Positions 13,001-25,469 of a stretch of DNA of 64,000 nt are shown here, one piece after another; position 1 is the stretch's first letter; each line of letters starts with the position of its first letter. A program made the translations under genes and the position numbers. Below the pieces are notes generated by a model. That model made no database searches. It saw only the letters and a list, made by a program, of their open reading frames with translations, and was not told the DNA's origin. This DNA comes from Vitrella brassicaformis CCMP3155 (lineage: Eukaryota; Protista; Chromerida), in the NCBI GenBank assembly GCA_001179505.1, contig CDMY01000298.1, positions 62,001 to 126,000 of the forward strand. Reading direction: 5' to 3'.

Positions 13001-16000
13001 ACGCTCGCCCCCGCCCTCGGGCGGGGAGGGCTGGTGTCAGTGACCTCGGGGTAGTCATCATCGGGGTTCATTGAGGGGGCAGTGGTGTTTGTGGTGGTGC
13101 TGTTGTGGTAGCGGCGCTCGTTGGCCAGCATGCGTGTGACGCTGCCGGGCTCCATCTGCCCCACCAGGTACTGGTCCATCGTCATTGCCATTTCCGTCGG
13201 ATGCTGCTGCTGCTGCTGCTCCTGGTGGTGATGCTGCGACCCCATCATGGCCGCAGAAGGGCCGTGCAGCTGACCCGAATGGGCACCGTTGATGTGCGGT
13301 GGCGACTGGGGACGGGGGTGCACCGAAAGGGAGGGCTCGGTCGTCATGCCGTAAGAGTGATAGTCGTGGTGCGGCTGCTGCGGCAGATGGTGGTGTGGCG
13401 ACACAGGTCCCGATTGCACAGGGAAGAGGCGGTGGTCGGGGGACCAGAAGGAAGCCGCCTTCGAACTCGGTATGGGCGAGTGGAACTCATTGGCCGGCCC
13501 ACCAGCCTCCCCTCCCAGGTCTCTGTAGTCGTCGCGCAACATGCGGCCGCCCATGGCGCCCATGCGCATCGAGTCGGTAGTGCTGGTCGGCACACGGGGC
13601 GGTCGCGATGACGTCAGAGGCTTGGGTGGCTGGCAGAAGCCAAAGGGCAGCCGCTCCTCCTCCCCCTCCCTCTCCCCCTCCCTCTCATCCTCAAACGCCC
13701 GACGTGCCGACAAAACCTGCCTCCTCTCCCACACACCATCGCCATCATGATCGCCATAACCGTCCCTCCCGTCCTCCTCCCCGTCAGACCCCAGCCCTGA
13801 GAACGAGAAGGGATCGTGAAGACCCTCGTCTGCCCCCATCTGCTCGTGCTGGCTCGGTAGTGGCTCTGCTGTTGGTCCTGCTGGCGGGGAGAGGGTGGGG
13901 TGAGGCGGTGGAGGGATGGACTGCAGGTGCGCCGCTGTAAGCTCGTGGGGGCGTCGCAAGGGGGACACGTCGAGAGGCTTCAGCTGAGAGTTGGTGCGAT
14001 CCGATGATGGGCGGGAGCTGCCAGTGCCGTTGCTATCGGGGCTTTGCTCCGGCCGCTGGGACGAGCTGCTGGCCCCCAGCCGCCGGACCGTCTGTGGCGT
14101 GGCGTCTGCTATCGTGATGCGCCTCCACGTAGGTGTGCCGACCCTCTCTCTCTCCCTGTCCTTGCTCCTCTCTGCCACAGCTGCCGGTGCCTGCACCTCT
14201 GGGTGGAGCCGGGAACGGTCCTCCTCATCCGTGAGCAGGAAGGACAGCAGCAGCGGCGGAGCGCTCGTCGGCCTGGGCGGCTCGGGGGGCACGTCCTCAA
14301 ACCCGGGTGGCGGCTCGATGCGCTCAGAGCGGGTGTGGGCCTGGGTGCCGCCGCCGTCCTCACTCGGTGGAGGGGTCACTTCGGAGATGGTGCTCGGGAT
14401 GCCGCGACGGGCGTCCTGAGCCCGCGCCCACTCAAGGATGCGTGGACCGGGGAGGTCGGAGGGCCCGCTGATGTGGGATGATGGTGCCGAGGGCTGGGCT
14501 GGGGGCAGCTCGCCGCTGTGGAGTGAGTCCGAGTCATAGGGCATGGGGAGGCGGGAGTCGAGCGAGATGGAGCCGAACGACTTGGCCGAGTCGTGGTGCA
14601 TGTGCTCAGACCAGTCGAAGTGACCCGGCTGCTTCAAACGAGCGGCGGGACGCTCGGGGGTGACTGCAGTAACAGAGAGACGCAACCAGAAACGGCCAGT
14701 GAGGTTAGGCGTCGGTGGTTTGCTGGTCGTCTCTGTTCTGTGTACCTTGTGTGTTTCCGCCGCTATGGGGCCCTCGGAATTCGCTGCTCCTCGACAGCGA
14801 GAGAGAGTCCAGCTCCTCGCCACCCATCAGACTCCCCTCTGCCCACCCCCGCCTCTGCCGCCGGAGCGCCGACTCAGCCCAGGTCGGCGACGGCTGGAAC
14901 GCCATGCCCTCAACACCCTCATGACACTCACGCCCACCTTTGGTTACATCTTCCACCCCATGGCCATCGTCAGCCCTTTCCGCCTCCTCAGTGCCCCTCT
15001 CCTCGCCCCCCGTCACCTCTACAGGGCCCTCCAGCCGCACAGCAGTGGCATCGGCAGTGGCAGTGGCACTTGCCATGGGGCTGCTGTGTCTCTCGAGTTC
15101 TGATTCGTTGACGGGGCTGAGTGCAGCGACCACCAGGGGGGGCGGCGGAGGTGGCACCAGGGAGAGAGCAGAGAGTGAGGTGGAGCTGCTGGGCTGGGGC
15201 TGGTCTTGGGTGGTGCGGATTGGGCTGGCGGGCTTATTGGGTATCTTGCGGCTCTTGCTGGGCGAGTGGGAGTGTGCGTGTGTGAAGGAGGCAGCTTGTC
15301 TGAGTGGGGAGGGGTTGTGCGACTGGTTGCGCGAGACCGAGTCCTCCGGGCCGATGTCCTCCTCCAAACGCTGAACCTGAGAGAGGGATGAGAGACACAG
15401 ATCATGTGTGTGTCGCTGTCGTGTCTTGTATGTGCCACTCGTGATGGCTCACGAATTGAGTGTGTTGTTTGAGGGCCTCCTTGACGAAGGCCACGGCCCT
15501 CCCCTTGCCGTAGTGCTTCCTCCATTCGTCGTAGAGGTCCTCCAACTCCTTCACCCACGCCCCCAGCCGGGCACCCACAGTCGGGGGAAGAATGTCCTGA
15601 GTGATGCACACACGCACACACGCACGCAGCCACAACGACAGAGACACAACATACATAATATGAAGGCCTCCCTGCACCCATACCCACATGCACCCACACC
15701 TACTTGTGTGGCGTCGTCAGTTCTCTGCTGGCCACCTCCAGTGGTCTGTGTGTGCTGCACCACCGTGGCGTAGTCCTCCGCCCCGTGTGACGACGACCTC
15801 CCGGAGACCGATGACGCAGGCGGCATGTGGCTCGCCACGACATGAGAGACGAACCCTGCAGCACGGGTGACAGACACACCGATTGAGCCACATGGCAATC
15901 CCAGTGTGCTCTGAACCCCCCGTACTCACCTTGCTGCAGAGCACTGAGAACAGCCACGCCGCTTTCGATGTATCTACGCTCCAGGAAGCCCCGCACCTCA

Positions 16001-17568
16001 GGCCTGCTGGCGTCGGGGTGGTCGTACACGGGGGCGGGAGTGGGCATTGGCACGGGCGCTGGCTCATCGGTGGACGGCTCAGACGCCGGCGGGGCGTCAG
16101 GCACTGCCGCCGACGATGCGGGAGGGGTGGACGGAGGGCCGGTGGACGACGGGCCACGCTCAACCGATGGGGCTGCAACACAAAGGGGGCCAGATGAACT
16201 TGGTTTCACACATGGATGCGATGGCGCTCGGCCTGTCTGTTTGTGCTCACTTTTCGGTCGGCGGGATGCCCGATTTACGTCACCGTCGGACAGCTCGGTA
16301 TCGATGCGGAGGAAGGATTTGTTGGCTCGGCGTGACAACTTGGACTGACGCACAAACACGAGACAGACAAGGCGAATGTGTTGTGGTGTCTGCAGACAGA
16401 CATTGTGCATTTCTTCGAGTGTGTGGCTGTAAGTACCTTTGGGTGTGGTGGGCTGGACGTCGCTCTGTGGCGCAAACCACCACCATCACGCCGTCCTGCC
16501 TCTCGGTCATTCCACCCGTCTGTGTCCTCCTGACCATCATCACACTCATCTGCAACAGGGATACCGACCTCCACCAGACAGACAGTAGATCAAGCCGCTG
16601 TTGTCAAGGTCTTCTCCCCCTCCCCCTCCTCCCTCCCTGTGTACCTTCCGATACGTCGTCCCCGTCGCTGGCTACGAATGGCGGCAGGATGTTGGCTCCC
16701 TTGGGTGTGGTGCTGGGGCTGGACAGCGGTGCGGGCCACATGCCAGGTGAGTCGATGGCCGCACCGTGCGATGAACCTGCAGCACAAGACAACAGACACA
16801 GAAATGGTCATCAACAGACAGGAAACTCATTTCTCCCTGCTGCCCTGCCTTTCGCCCTCACCTCTTGCACTCGCCGCACGCGCAAGGAACAGGCACTTGT
16901 CAGCTGCCCTCAGACAGACACAGAACAGCATTCATTGCAGAGGCCATTTCCCTTCCAATCCACACACAGTTGTGTCTTGTCAGCTGGCACTTACCGCTGC
17001 TCCCTGTGACGGTCTTGCGGCGGCGAGGGGACCATCCACCACCACTAACATCCCTCAGATGGACACCTGCGAGCATACGTACCGAAGAAGGAATGACACA
17101 CTCATCTCATGCATCCCATTAATGGAAACCCTGTGCCATCCCGCCCATCGCGTCCTTACTTCGTATTTTCCTGCCGCTGGGGGTGCTGACGGTGGCCGCC
17201 AGGCGGTCACTCTGCTCCTCCCAGTCGCTGCCAGACTCTCCGCCATCACCGCCACCACCCACGACAGATGCATTCGACGCACTCCTGCGGCGGAACGCCC
17301 ATTCATCACCTCCCAGCAGCGCCTGCGTGTCGCTCTCGCATCGCTTCAGCACAGAGAGCGGTCGGGACGGCACTCCCCGGCCACGGAGGGATGGGAAGAC
17401 GCCTCTGCGATGGCTATCGTCAGCAGGAGGTGGCTCCGGAGTATCGGAGGGTGGCTGAGGCGTGGCGCGTCCATGTGAGCGGGCCTGACGTGATGCCGGG
17501 CTGCCTGGGAAGAATGTGCTGGCCTCGCTCGTCCTCTGCAGAGGTGTCGAGTGGAAGGGCGATGTCAT
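10062..17568 (-). CDS. Large multi-exon protein: long disordered N-terminal region, divergent Pumilio (PUF) repeats, C-terminal RG/RGG-rich tail
   Basis: First exons from ATG 17568 (MTSPFHSTP) splice in phase by eye. PUF-like repeats at ~10970-12700: FNDQSASRYLQHIL, FAMLSRHRHFHYLVREVL, IFSICSNAAGTYCMQDAF, IARICACKAGSYWIDTVL, LLRHGVLFPYGVHLVAIAL. Last exon RGGRGHRGRVSTPRGRGRARG ends 10062. A 691-aa low-complexity ORF (12748-14823) fits as an internal exon. Confidence 0.7.
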
Positions 17569-17635
17569 GTCATTCCAGAGATGCCTTCGCTGCCACCGCA
17601 CTCCTATCCAAAGCGCATTGGCATCCCTCCCTCCC

Positions 17636-17644
17636 AAGCTCGCA
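17636..17644 (-). promoter_or_regulatory. Candidate promoter motif TGCGAGCTT, PUF/NSE2 divergent interval
   Basis: AAGCTCGCA on +, 68 nt upstream of the PUF-gene ATG. Confidence 0.5.
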
Positions 17645-17798
17645 TTTCGTAAATGCTCTGGGGATAGGAGTCCAAAGAGTGGAAGCCCAAAAGCATCCTC
17701 AGACTCCTCGTTGATTGTGGCCGCCTTGAGGCTGGGGATGGTGAGGAGGAAGTGCTGCCGCTGACCTGCTTTCATCGCAGAGCTCTTTCCCGGGTACT

Positions 17799-18830
17799 AT
17801 GGGTGACGTCGCTCACTTCAACGCAGATGACGCCCTGAATGACCTGCAGAAAACCGCCGACCAATGCAGTCAGCAGCACACAGCACAGAGCACCGCAGAT
17901 CTTCCCATCCTGATGCATGGTGCGTTGTGGGGTTCGTGGTGTGTCGTTCCCTTCAGATGCGGAACTTCAGATGCTAGCCAAGAAGGTCATCGAGCAGGAT
18001 GTGATGATAGACGCCACCAAGGCCGCCCTCAAGCGCCTCGCTGCCCGCCTGACGAGGTTGGGTGTGCGTCAGGGTGCCGGCGGGAACGAGAACGACCATG
18101 CGTACGTCAAGGGCATGAATGAGCTGCTGGAGGGGCGGCAGGACGATCCCATGGGTGAGGATGCTGACGTGTTTGTCGACGTTGCTGAGTTTGCGGACAA
18201 GTGCCCCATCACACAAGGCGAGAAGAGGAGGAATGAGGCGTGTGTTCTGTATGTATCTCATTCTCTCTTGTGCGTCTGTCTACTTGCCGTGTCCCTCTCA
18301 GAGCCATTTGAGCATCCCGTCCATCAAGGTGCACACGCAGCAACACACTAAAGGCCCACCGTCGCCGAGCCACCCATCCCCCCTTCCCTCGCTCCCCGTG
18401 TGTGTCTGCAGTTGTGCCCCCGAACGCTCCCGTCCCCGCCCATCCCCCCTGCACACACACCTTCGAGCGCCACGCCATCCTCCAGCTGTTCGCCACAAGC
18501 CCCCGCATCGAGTGCCCAGTTCACGGCTGCAGCCGGTGGGTGATCCGGGCCTTCCTGCGGGACAACGAGCTGCTGAAGCGACACCTGCAGGCACAGAGGG
18601 AGGAGGGTGCGGCCGGGGGAGGGGGAGGGGCCGCTGCTGCGGCGGCGGCTGCAGCAGCTGGTGGTGATGGCGATGGTCATGGTGGTGATGGGGACGAGAT
18701 GGACTTCACGGGGCAGGATGACGAGCAGCGTCAGGATGGCATGAAGGAGGAGGACGAGTGGAAAACTCCCAGGAGCAGGGAAGTCAAGCGGGAGGAGCCA
18801 GACGACGTAGATGTTGATATGGCGGGATGA
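17799..18830 (+). CDS. NSE2: NSE2/MMS21-like SP-RING E3 SUMO ligase (Smc5/6 subunit)
   Basis: Spliced C-terminus KCPITQ|EPFEHPVHQ|VVPPNAPVPAHPPCTHTFERHAILQLFATSPRIECPVHGCSRW matches the zf-Nse/SP-RING pattern CPIT..(P)V...C.H.F....I......CP..GC, preceded by a helical coiled-coil region as in Mms21. Requires a GC-AG intron at 18218-18301. Confidence 0.75.
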
Positions 18831-20392
18831 GCAAAGTGGTGGATGGGGTGGGATAGGTGTGTCTGCGTGTTTGACCTGTGAACAGTGTCGACAACCTCTG
18901 CCTGTCGTGAGACTTTGTCTGTCGGCCAGGACGCTCCTCACATTCCCTGCAGAAATGGAGCATGTGAGAAACGTCGGGGCTGAGCGACAAGGTCTCAAGA
19001 CAGCGGGGGCGTGACGTGCCATGTGAAGATTCTCACGCTCCGGCTATGAATCCAACAGTCAGTGTGTCATGACAAAGGTTCCCTCCTCGTCAGCAATTCG
19101 TATATCCGTCCACAGACATGGACGAAGCAGCAGGCAAAGACAGACAGCAAGTATGGAAGCACACAGATACGGCACCCCCTCCCCCTGTCTGTCTGTGTGC
19201 ATGTGGGTGTGTGGTGGCCCAGTGCTGCCAAGCACGCGGATGGGCCGTTACGTGACTGCCGCCCGTCTATCAGCGCATCGAGAGAATATCATCGGCAAAA
19301 GTTCGCGCCATTTGAACGTCCTCCCTCTCTATCTGTCGGCCCCTCCCCCTCCCTCCCTTGCCTGCCTGTCTCGTGTTGCCTGACTTGTCCGACCCACCAA
19401 CCCCCCCGAAGCAGCAGGGCAAGTGGGTTGCTGCAGGGTGTCCGAAGCCCCGCAGCCGTTGGGTCGGAGTGAATTGTCGATGCGACCTGTCACCCACGAC
19501 CTCCTGCCCGCAGCCCTTTCCTCTCCAGGGAGGTACATGCAGGCCGGAGGTGGAGGTGTCCAGTCAACCGATAGTTCAGGACCGGACCCTCCCCCCAACT
19601 CATGCTGCTGCCGAGGAGCAGCCCTGTCAGTGAGTGACTGACAGCCCACCTCAGAGGCACCCCATCGACAGCATACGAAGCGCATGGGTGGGACGCTGGC
19701 TGCCCATCAATCAGACCCGCGAATGAAACACTACACGACCTCACTCAGGGGTGTTGCGGCACAAAAGGTCCGGAGGTGCGAGTGAGCACCGCACAGCACA
19801 CGGGCACGCAGACGGACAAGAGGCAACGTAAGTACGCTCACGTCAACCCACCATGGCAAGACAAGACAGCCGGTGTGTGTGTGAGTGTGTGGTGTTGGGA
19901 GAGGGCGAGGTAAAGTGATAGACTGATGAGGGGGTCCAGTGCTGCTCGGCACACCGGATGGACCCTTGACATGAATGAGGACTGCCGGTGAGACGTGTTT
20001 GAACGTCACTCCCACACACCACACCCAGCCAGTGGTCACACAGACACAGACAGACAGACAGACAAGGAGGGGGCACGTGCAAAATGCAGAGGTAGAGATA
20101 GACGAGAATCGTATGCAACATCCATAACGACGAGAGATGGTCGTCACACATTTCCCACGCTGAGCGTGACAGCATCCATACTTCATTCGATTGCTGGCAT
20201 CAACCAATGCCCACACATCGAGTGAAGCCGGATGGTGTCACGCCCGGCGCATAGGAATGCGACTCTGTGTGCCGGCATCAATAACAATCACAAATGAGAT
20301 ATATAGGCACGCAGGCAAAACGTCAAAAACAGAGCAAGAGTGAGCCAAAAAGAGCCCCAGTCCGTGGCCCAACGAGACCCACGTCACGTCAC

Positions 20393-22676
20393 TCACTGTC
20401 TGTGCCTATCCCGCACCAGCCGCTCTGACTGGGCAACCTTCTTCTTCTTGACAGTGCTCTCCACCAAGGGATGGAAGCCTCCACTCTGCCCGTGCTGGCG
20501 AGACTTGACATTCACCGTAGCTCGCAGCCCGCTCAACACGCTCGCGAACTGGCCCCCTCCAGCCCTCTCGCCCTGAGACGTCGACACGCTGCTCAGAGGG
20601 CCGCCTGAGCGGTTGGCGAAAGATGATGGCGGTTGCAGCTGAACGGTCACGGCAGCCTCCACAGATGGGGCAGAGGGGGGGCGGATGTTGGCCTCCCTCG
20701 TAGGCGTCTGTCGGCCGACCGCCGGGAGGTCGTTGGCGGAGCTCCTGCTGGACATGCCGCCATTGTTGTTGGCTGCTGCTGCTGCATGGGGGAGGGGCTG
20801 TGGCGCCATCCTTGCCTTCTTCGGAAAGGCGGGGAAGGGCAGTCTCAGCTGAAGCAGCGAGGGGGGCAGCAGTGGCGATGGCGTGGTGCTGGCCGTCATC
20901 ATGATGCCGCCGTCGCCCTCCGTCTTGCTCTGCCGCCTTTTGCATCTGCAGCAAATTCTGGCGATAATCGTGGTGCTGGCCCGCAGGGGCGAGAGCAGCG
21001 AGAGGGTCGCTTGGACGAGGTACGAGATGACGAGCCAGAACCACTCGTTGGTGCCCGATGGCGGGGCGGCGCCGCGCCGCTGCAGGTTGAGCAGGGCGTG
21101 GTCGGTGATGGCCAGCTTCTTGAGCAGAAAGGCGTGCTGGTCGGCCGTCGACCTCTTGACGTCGTCAAACGACTCCAGCAGCTCCTGCATGGACACGTGC
21201 AGCCCGCGAACCTGTGAATAGTCAACATGAGAACAATTGTCTGCGTCAGGGGGACTATCGCACGTCTCTCTCTCTCACCTGATCCGTGAGCTCCTCCACC
21301 CTGCTGGTGAGCCGCTGGTTGGCCTCGTCCAGCCTGGCCAGCTCACCGCCCACCCACACACCCCACTCGCTGCTGCCGTCCTCCAACCTCTGTCGCCTCT
21401 CGTCAGCTCCCATGACCGACCTCTGCTTCTCATGCTGCAGCGCACTCACAGCCCATGGGGGCGGCGCGTCCTTGTCGTTGACGACTGAGTCAGAGGAGGG
21501 CGGGGGCGGGGTCAGCCGTATCTGTGAGCTATCTGGAGGAGGAAGGCTCGGCCGCGCTGACTCGAGCTTGGGAGAGAAGAAGGCCCCGTCAGTGGGACGG
21601 GTGGCGTTATATTCGACGATGAGGGATGATCGACGGTGGGGGACGTGGGGTGGGGCATTGAGTGCTGGTGGCTCGATGGAACGGTCAGACTGCAGGCAAA
21701 AGGCAACAGCGGAGCCCACCACCCACACACGTCGACAGCTGACCACTTTTCTTTATCTGTCTTCGCTTACGCTGGCAGTGTGTACGCTAGCCACGGAACC
21801 GCTCCACCTTCCCTGAAGGTCATCGTCTGGCAGGGCGGGGATGGCATCCTGGAACACATCTTCCCTCTCGTCCCCGGCCGATGCCACCACTGGCGGCGGT
21901 AGAGTGCGCGATGACGGGGGAGGGAGGGGATCGGGGGGCAGTGTGTGGTGGTGGTGGTGGTGATGCTGCCTGGTGCCGCCATGGCGACGAGGCAGCCGAA
22001 ACATGCCGCCTCTCGGCTCCTGAATCCAATGCAAGAAAACAGACGATCAGAGTAGAAGAGAAGGTGCTCTACGTCGTTGTGTCTGGGACTCACCGATGGC
22101 AGGATAGGCGAATGTCGCCGTTGCTCCTGCGTCGGTGAAGGCACCGCATGGCCATGCGCCTCCGCAGCTCGTGGCCTTGCCACGCGAGACGGCGAGTCTG
22201 GTGCAGGGGCGGGAGGGTCAGCAGGCCGCTCGAGGGCCTCAGCGTAGGCCGCATTGTCGCCATCCTCGTCCCTGTCGGATCTTTTGCCCCACCTTCTCCT
22301 CCTCTGTCCGCCGTCGCCACCCTCTCTGGGTGCCCGCCATCCTCTGCGATGGCCGTGGTGGCGGTCTATCGATTTGTCCCGGTGGGGCCGGCCGGGTCTG
22401 GTCCATCGGGAGGGGCCTGAGGCGCCTGGCTCACGCGCACTGTTGAGGCCTCGACGGGCGAGGATGGGGAACAGCAGATAGGGGTGGCTGGGGGACACAG
22501 ACACACACGAGGACCGAACAGACATCAGTGTGGGTCTCGGAGGCCTTGAAGTGCATCATGATGTTGTTTGTGTCGGGCTTACCCTCCATTGACGCCTTTG
22601 AGAAGTGAGAGGGGGGTGCGTTTCTTGCCAGTGGGGTGTCGGCTGCCACTGCCGGCACTGCCGACGCTATCTGCAT
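20393..22676 (-). CDS. Multi-exon hypothetical protein with coiled coil followed by a hydrophobic (possible TM) segment
   Basis: Long ORFs 21767-22525, 21255-21746 (ELARLDEANQRLTSRVEELTDQ) and 20393-21196 (WFWLVISYLVQATLSLLSPL); no family recognised; exon chain incomplete. Confidence 0.45.
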
Positions 22677-22982
22677 CGCTGAAGATGTCCATTCTAGCTA
22701 GTGTCCATCAGGTGATTGAGGCCTGAACACACATGGCGTGCGTCGGAAAGGACAAGCGCAGAAAGCTGCCGCATATGTGGTGGTTTTCTCCATCTTTCGT
22801 TCGCACCTTGTGGCATGGGCTCATGCTCAGCCTCGCAGATGCCATCCGCGGTGACTCATTGCCTCGCAGTGCCACACGCAGCTCCCGATAGCGCCATTCT
22901 TACATTCTTCCACCATGATGCGAGAGGCTGACGAAGCAAGCACCTTCGCGTGGCTTGACGCGTGTTTGCTGCAGCCGATATT

Positions 22983-22990
22983 TGCGAGCT
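22983..22990 (+). promoter_or_regulatory. Candidate promoter motif TGCGAGCT upstream of the ATP-grasp gene
   Basis: TGCGAGCT on +, about 150 nt upstream of ATG 23142. Confidence 0.45.
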
Positions 22991-23141
22991 CATCTCCATC
23001 CACAGCTCGCGCTTTGAGGAGAGGGAAGCTCGAGGAGAGGGACGCTGCGTCTGTTGTATCTCGTCATGAGCACCGCAGCTTCCTCATCGACCAGATAAGA
23101 GCTTTTGTATCGATGCTCAGGCCGCAGCAAGGCTCCACAGC

Positions 23142-24817
23142 ATGTTGTTTCGCTTGCTGGTTGCTTCAACCGCCGTGCTAGCAGCCGTATTGGGTGTGGG
23201 ATATCACTACTTCCGCCCTCTCTACCCGCGGCGACTCGCCATCATTGAGTGTGAGCAACCACACACTCAGACGTGATGCAATTCTGGTGCAATTCATCTG
23301 AAAGAACCGCTTTACCTTCTTCTCAGGTGAGGGCGGCACGGACAAGGCAGCTCACGGCCACCGTGCGGACACGCCGCCTCTCCAGCGGGCATTTGAAAGG
23401 CACGGGTACCACGCTGACATCATCTTCTTTGCCGATGACCATGCCTCGTGGCTTGCCAAGGAGCTGCCACGCAACTACACGGCGGTGATGAGTCGGGTGG
23501 ACCCAGGCGATTACCTCTACTGCACTGAGGGACGGCTGCACGCCTTCCTGAGGACGCTCAACGCATCTGGGATGGTCGTCTTCAACCACCCTGACATTCA
23601 GCACAAGATGGGGTGGGCGAGGGGAAGGAGAAAAACGTGTGCCGCGTGATTGCTCTCGTCATGGGTGTGCTGGTCTTTCCCGCCCCATGTGTGTGCGTGT
23701 CAGTTCGAAGGCGAGTCTGCTCAAGCTCGAGGGCATGCCGCTTGCCAACCCTGACGCCTACCACTACCACAGCTTCGAACATTTTGTCAGGTCAGCAGGC
23801 GGACGAGTCAGGCGCCACTGGAGGCAATTCACTCGCTGTCTGCGTCTTTGCTTTGTGTGTATGATGTCAGTCATTTTGCGGCGATCCTTCCGCAGATGGC
23901 GGCAGATGGGAGGATGCGTGTTCTGAAGCAGAACCGCGGCTCCAAGGGGGAGGGCGTCTGGCGAGTCGCTGTCAATCTCACCTCTGGCGGCGTCATGGGC
24001 GTCTTGGCCGAGGAGAAGACGGTCGACGAACAGCAGCAGCAGGCGCAGAGGGTGGTTCTCGATCGCAGGAACGGCAAGGCCGAGGGGAGGGACGGCAAAG
24101 GCAAAGGCAACGGCAACGGCAACGGCAACGGCAATGCTTCCACAGGCAGCAGTAGCAACAGCAAGGCGCTGATCGTTCCCAAGAAGGCGTCCATCCAGCT
24201 GACGCCAGACACCATGCTCGTTCTGACAGAGGCCAAGGACAACCACGAGGAGTCGCGGACCTTTCAGAACTTCACTTCATTCTTCGAGCGTTATTTTGAG
24301 GAGCAGGGGGACTCTGTCGTCAACCAGGCATACCTCACACGCATCAGCGAAGGCGAGATTCGCGTCATCCTATCAGGTCGGTGGGCAGCGCAGCACAGCA
24401 CAGCACAGAAGGGAGAGAGAGCGATCGGAGATAAATGTGTGTGACGTACGTGTATGGTCAGGTCGGACAATCCTCAAGGTGGTGGAGAGGCGGCCCGACG
24501 CGTCCACCAACAGCGACGCCTTCTCTGCCAACCTGGGAGCAATGGCCACCCACGACTACTACGATCCGCGAGAGCGGCCGTCGATCGTTGACTTCCTGCA
24601 CTCGCAGCTGGGCGAGATGCTCGACCGGCTGGACGTGTCGGAGCCGCCTGTGCTGTGGACGTGTGACTTCATCCGCGACGGGCCACCAGAGAGGACCGTG
24701 TACATATTGAGCGAGATCAATGCTGCGTGTGTTGGGTTCTCTGGCCACCCGCCGCTGGCCGACCTGGTGGCACAGAGGGTCATCGACACGGTCGAGAGGA
24801 TCAAGAGAGGCAGATGA
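23142..24817 (+). CDS. Cj0069-family (DUF6815-like) ATP-grasp protein with N-terminal hydrophobic leader
   Basis: Spliced: MLFRLLVASTAVLAAVLGVGYHYF..RRLAIIE|CEGGTDKAAHGHRADTPPLQRAF...MSRVDPG...RVLKQNRGSKGEGVWRV...QAYLTRISEGEIRVILSG|...VLWTCDFIRD...YILSEINAACVGF. The GG.DK..GHR.DT, KQNRGS.GEG.W, RI.EGEIR and EIN..CVGF motifs match the bacterial Cj0069 family as I recall it. Confidence 0.8.
24104..24134 (+). repeat. Coding hexamer repeat (GGCAAC)n giving a GN-repeat insertion in the ATP-grasp protein
   Basis: Translates GKGKGNGNGNGNGN. Confidence 0.85.
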
Positions 24818-25469
24818 CATCGATGGGCAGGGCGGGAGGGCGGGAAGGGTCCCTGTACACGAACATCTGTGAATGTGTATGTCTTTGTGTTCGTATGTGT
24901 GGATGGTTTTGTTCTGGTGAGGGGGGAGGGGGAGGAAAGTACCAGATGATATGGATGGATGGATGGATGGTGAAGGGTAGTAGGGGAGGGAGGGGCGACG
25001 ACCATTGAGCAGGCACCGTGTTTTTCTGTCAGTCAGCAGATGGATGGATGGATGGGGCGATGAGTGTGGTGTGCATGCTCTGTGGTGAGTTTGCGATTGT
25101 GAGCGTAGGAATGCGAATGAGTGCGTGTAGGCGACGTGCCGTCAGTGCAATGTCGTATTCTTCGTTCGTGCGCTGGTGAGACTTTTTGGTGTGGGTGACA
25201 GACGACCCTCAATGATCTCAATGACCCTTCCCCCAATGCACAATGGCTTCATCTCATCGCTTAACCAATCAGGACATTATAGACAGACAGTCCTTTGGCC
25301 TCATCGTGCACGACGGACACGATCAAGCTGATGCCATGTCAATGTCGCATCCTTCCGACAGTCAATCGGCGCCATCCTGGCCCTCGCCCTCCTCCTGCAG
25401 ACAATCACCAGCCACACGCGCGTCAGGAACTAACATACTTGCAGTGTCCATCCCTCTCGCCCTCCTTGC

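Noticed and set aside
19000-20300. Possible small minus-strand gene
   Set aside because: Some exon-like blocks but no consistent frame or recognisable motif.
20519-20526. AGCTCGCA copy as a regulatory site
   Set aside because: Lies inside a long coding exon (L-R-A codons); treated as a background occurrence.
20393-22676. Mid-SUN domain protein (coiled coil plus TM)
   Set aside because: No SUN-domain motifs identified; the architecture alone is too generic.
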